Shown piece after piece: positions 62,590-64,000 of a stretch of DNA of 64,000 bases. The stretch spans positions 393,700,001-393,764,000 of the forward strand of contig CM126202.1 in assembly GCA_052327205.1 (NCBI GenBank), in the 5' to 3' direction. The notes beneath the pieces were generated by a model, which saw only the letters and a list, made by a program, of their open reading frames with translations, did not search any database and was not told where the DNA came from. The DNA is from Somniosus microcephalus. Taxonomy: Eukaryota. Position numbers and translations under genes: made by a program. Positions within the stretch are counted from its first letter, which is position 1; each line of letters opens with the position of its first letter.

Positions 62590-63520
62590 GATCTTTGCTC
62601 AGACATTTCCTTTCAAAACCACCATCTGTGCCCACTCTTCAAAAAGCCTATCTTCAACCTTTATGTTCTCCAACTGCCACCCTAAATCAAACCTCCCTAT
62701 TCAAATCCCTTCTGCCTTGCTCACATGACCAAAGTCATGAATAACATTCTTTGTGATGGTGGCCATAGTGAATCATCCCTTCTTATCTTCCTTGACCTCT
62801 TCAGCATTTAATATGGTCAACCATGCATTTTTCCTCTATTGTCCTTCAGTTGTCCAGCTCTGCAGGCTGCCACTTTTACATGCTGAACAACGGCTTCACT
62901 TCCCAACCCCCAGTGTCCTCTCCAGAAGCCCCCAAAGGTCTATTCTTGCCACCTCTTTTTCATTATCTTCACGATGCCCCTTGGTAACACCATCCAGATG
63001 CACAGGGTCAACATCTATACGCTTTGCCTGTCTACCAGCACTTCCCTTAACCTGATGACCGCCTCTCTGTTAACAGGCTGCCTGTCTGACATTTATGTCA
63101 CGGATTAGTCAAAGTTTGCTGCGACTGAAAATCGGGAAGACCAAAACATAGTTTTCAGTACCCAATATAAAATTTGTTCTTTTGCAATTGACTTTATTCT
63201 CTCACCACGGCCACTTGCTCAAGCCAAACCTGCACAAAACCATGGCATCCTGTTCAACCCAGAACTGAGTTTCAAACCCTATACTAGCCACCTCCAGGGC
63301 TGGTGACTTCCACCTGCATGCATTGCTGCTGTTTCACCTTCATTGCCACTGAAACCCTTATCCACACTTTGGTTACCTTTGACTCAATTTCTCTAATATC
63401 CCCACCCCATCACTGTCTATAATTCATTCCAACTTATTGAAAACTCGGCTGCCCCTATCCTGTCCAACTCGCCCATCACCCCCATCCTTGTTGACCTACA
63501 TTGACTCCCTATCCTCCAAC
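62590..63520 (+). mobile_element. Decayed L2 LINE RT fragment
   Basis: CTTCCTTGACCTCTTCAGCATTTAATATGGTCAACC (LLDLSAAFDTVDH-like) and ATCGGGAAGACCAAA, as in 46440-47300. Confidence 0.65.
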
Positions 63521-64000
63521 ACAATGGAGGTGGTTTTGTCAATGGGGGTGTGTTGGAGGCGGGACTGCTGCTTGTCGGGTTTTAGTCCCGCCTCCATTGA
63601 CTTGTGGCCAACCCACGCTATTTTCCCTTGATTGACCTTGTTAAGCCCGCCCAGCGAGCTTAGCAGGCCAGTTAAGGGGAAGCCAGTTACAGAGAACGTC
63701 TGCGTATGACGTTTCATCTGTTGTCATTGTTTGCCAGCTCTGTGAAGCTGTCAAACACTGACATTCTCTGTTGTTTGATGAGTCCTTGTATTCAAGACTC
63801 ATCAAACCTCTTTTGAAAGCAGAAATCAGATGGTTGTTGCATCAGAGAATGCTGCAGCCATCTGTCATCTCTGTGGGTGAGATGCGAGAGTCTCTGCATC
63901 TCCAATGGTTGAAGCCTGCAGGAAGAAACAAAGGTAAGTAAACATTTTCTATCACTTTCCACTCGCCTCACATACTTACCTCTCCACACTTGCACCCATC

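Noticed and set aside
63520-64000. Possible further Harbinger-derived remnant or exon at the window end
   Set aside because: The resemblance is weak and the sequence is truncated by the window edge, so it cannot be supported.

Overview
This is repeat-dense eukaryotic DNA. The repeat set (HER1/CR1-like LINEs, HE1 V-SINE, Deu-domain SINEs, L2, Tx1, Penelope-like elements) points to a cartilaginous fish, probably a shark (inference). No prokaryotic genes, CRISPR arrays, rRNA genes or true tRNA genes are visible. Bases 1-21.9 kb are nested mobile elements. They include a CR1 LINE and a deleted tRNA-Arg-primed endogenous retrovirus (ERV)-like element whose 3' LTR is split by a 4.9-kb tail-out inverted pair of Penelope-like elements (PLEs), each ending in a minimal hammerhead ribozyme motif. 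They also include a Harbinger Myb-domain remnant and a very young Ty3/Gypsy element nested in a solo LTR, itself nested in an L2 tail. That Gypsy element has a YLDN RT motif and, instead of a tRNA primer-binding site (PBS), a 13-nt sequence complementary to its own LTR. A CpG island at ~22.0-22.5 kb probably starts an unidentified + strand host gene, with candidate exons at 55585-55826 and 61012-61103. The intervening sequence holds LINEs, SINEs, MITEs, a solo LTR and five more hammerhead-type motifs from a second PLE family. Coordinates were read by eye, and the ends of decayed repeats are approximate.
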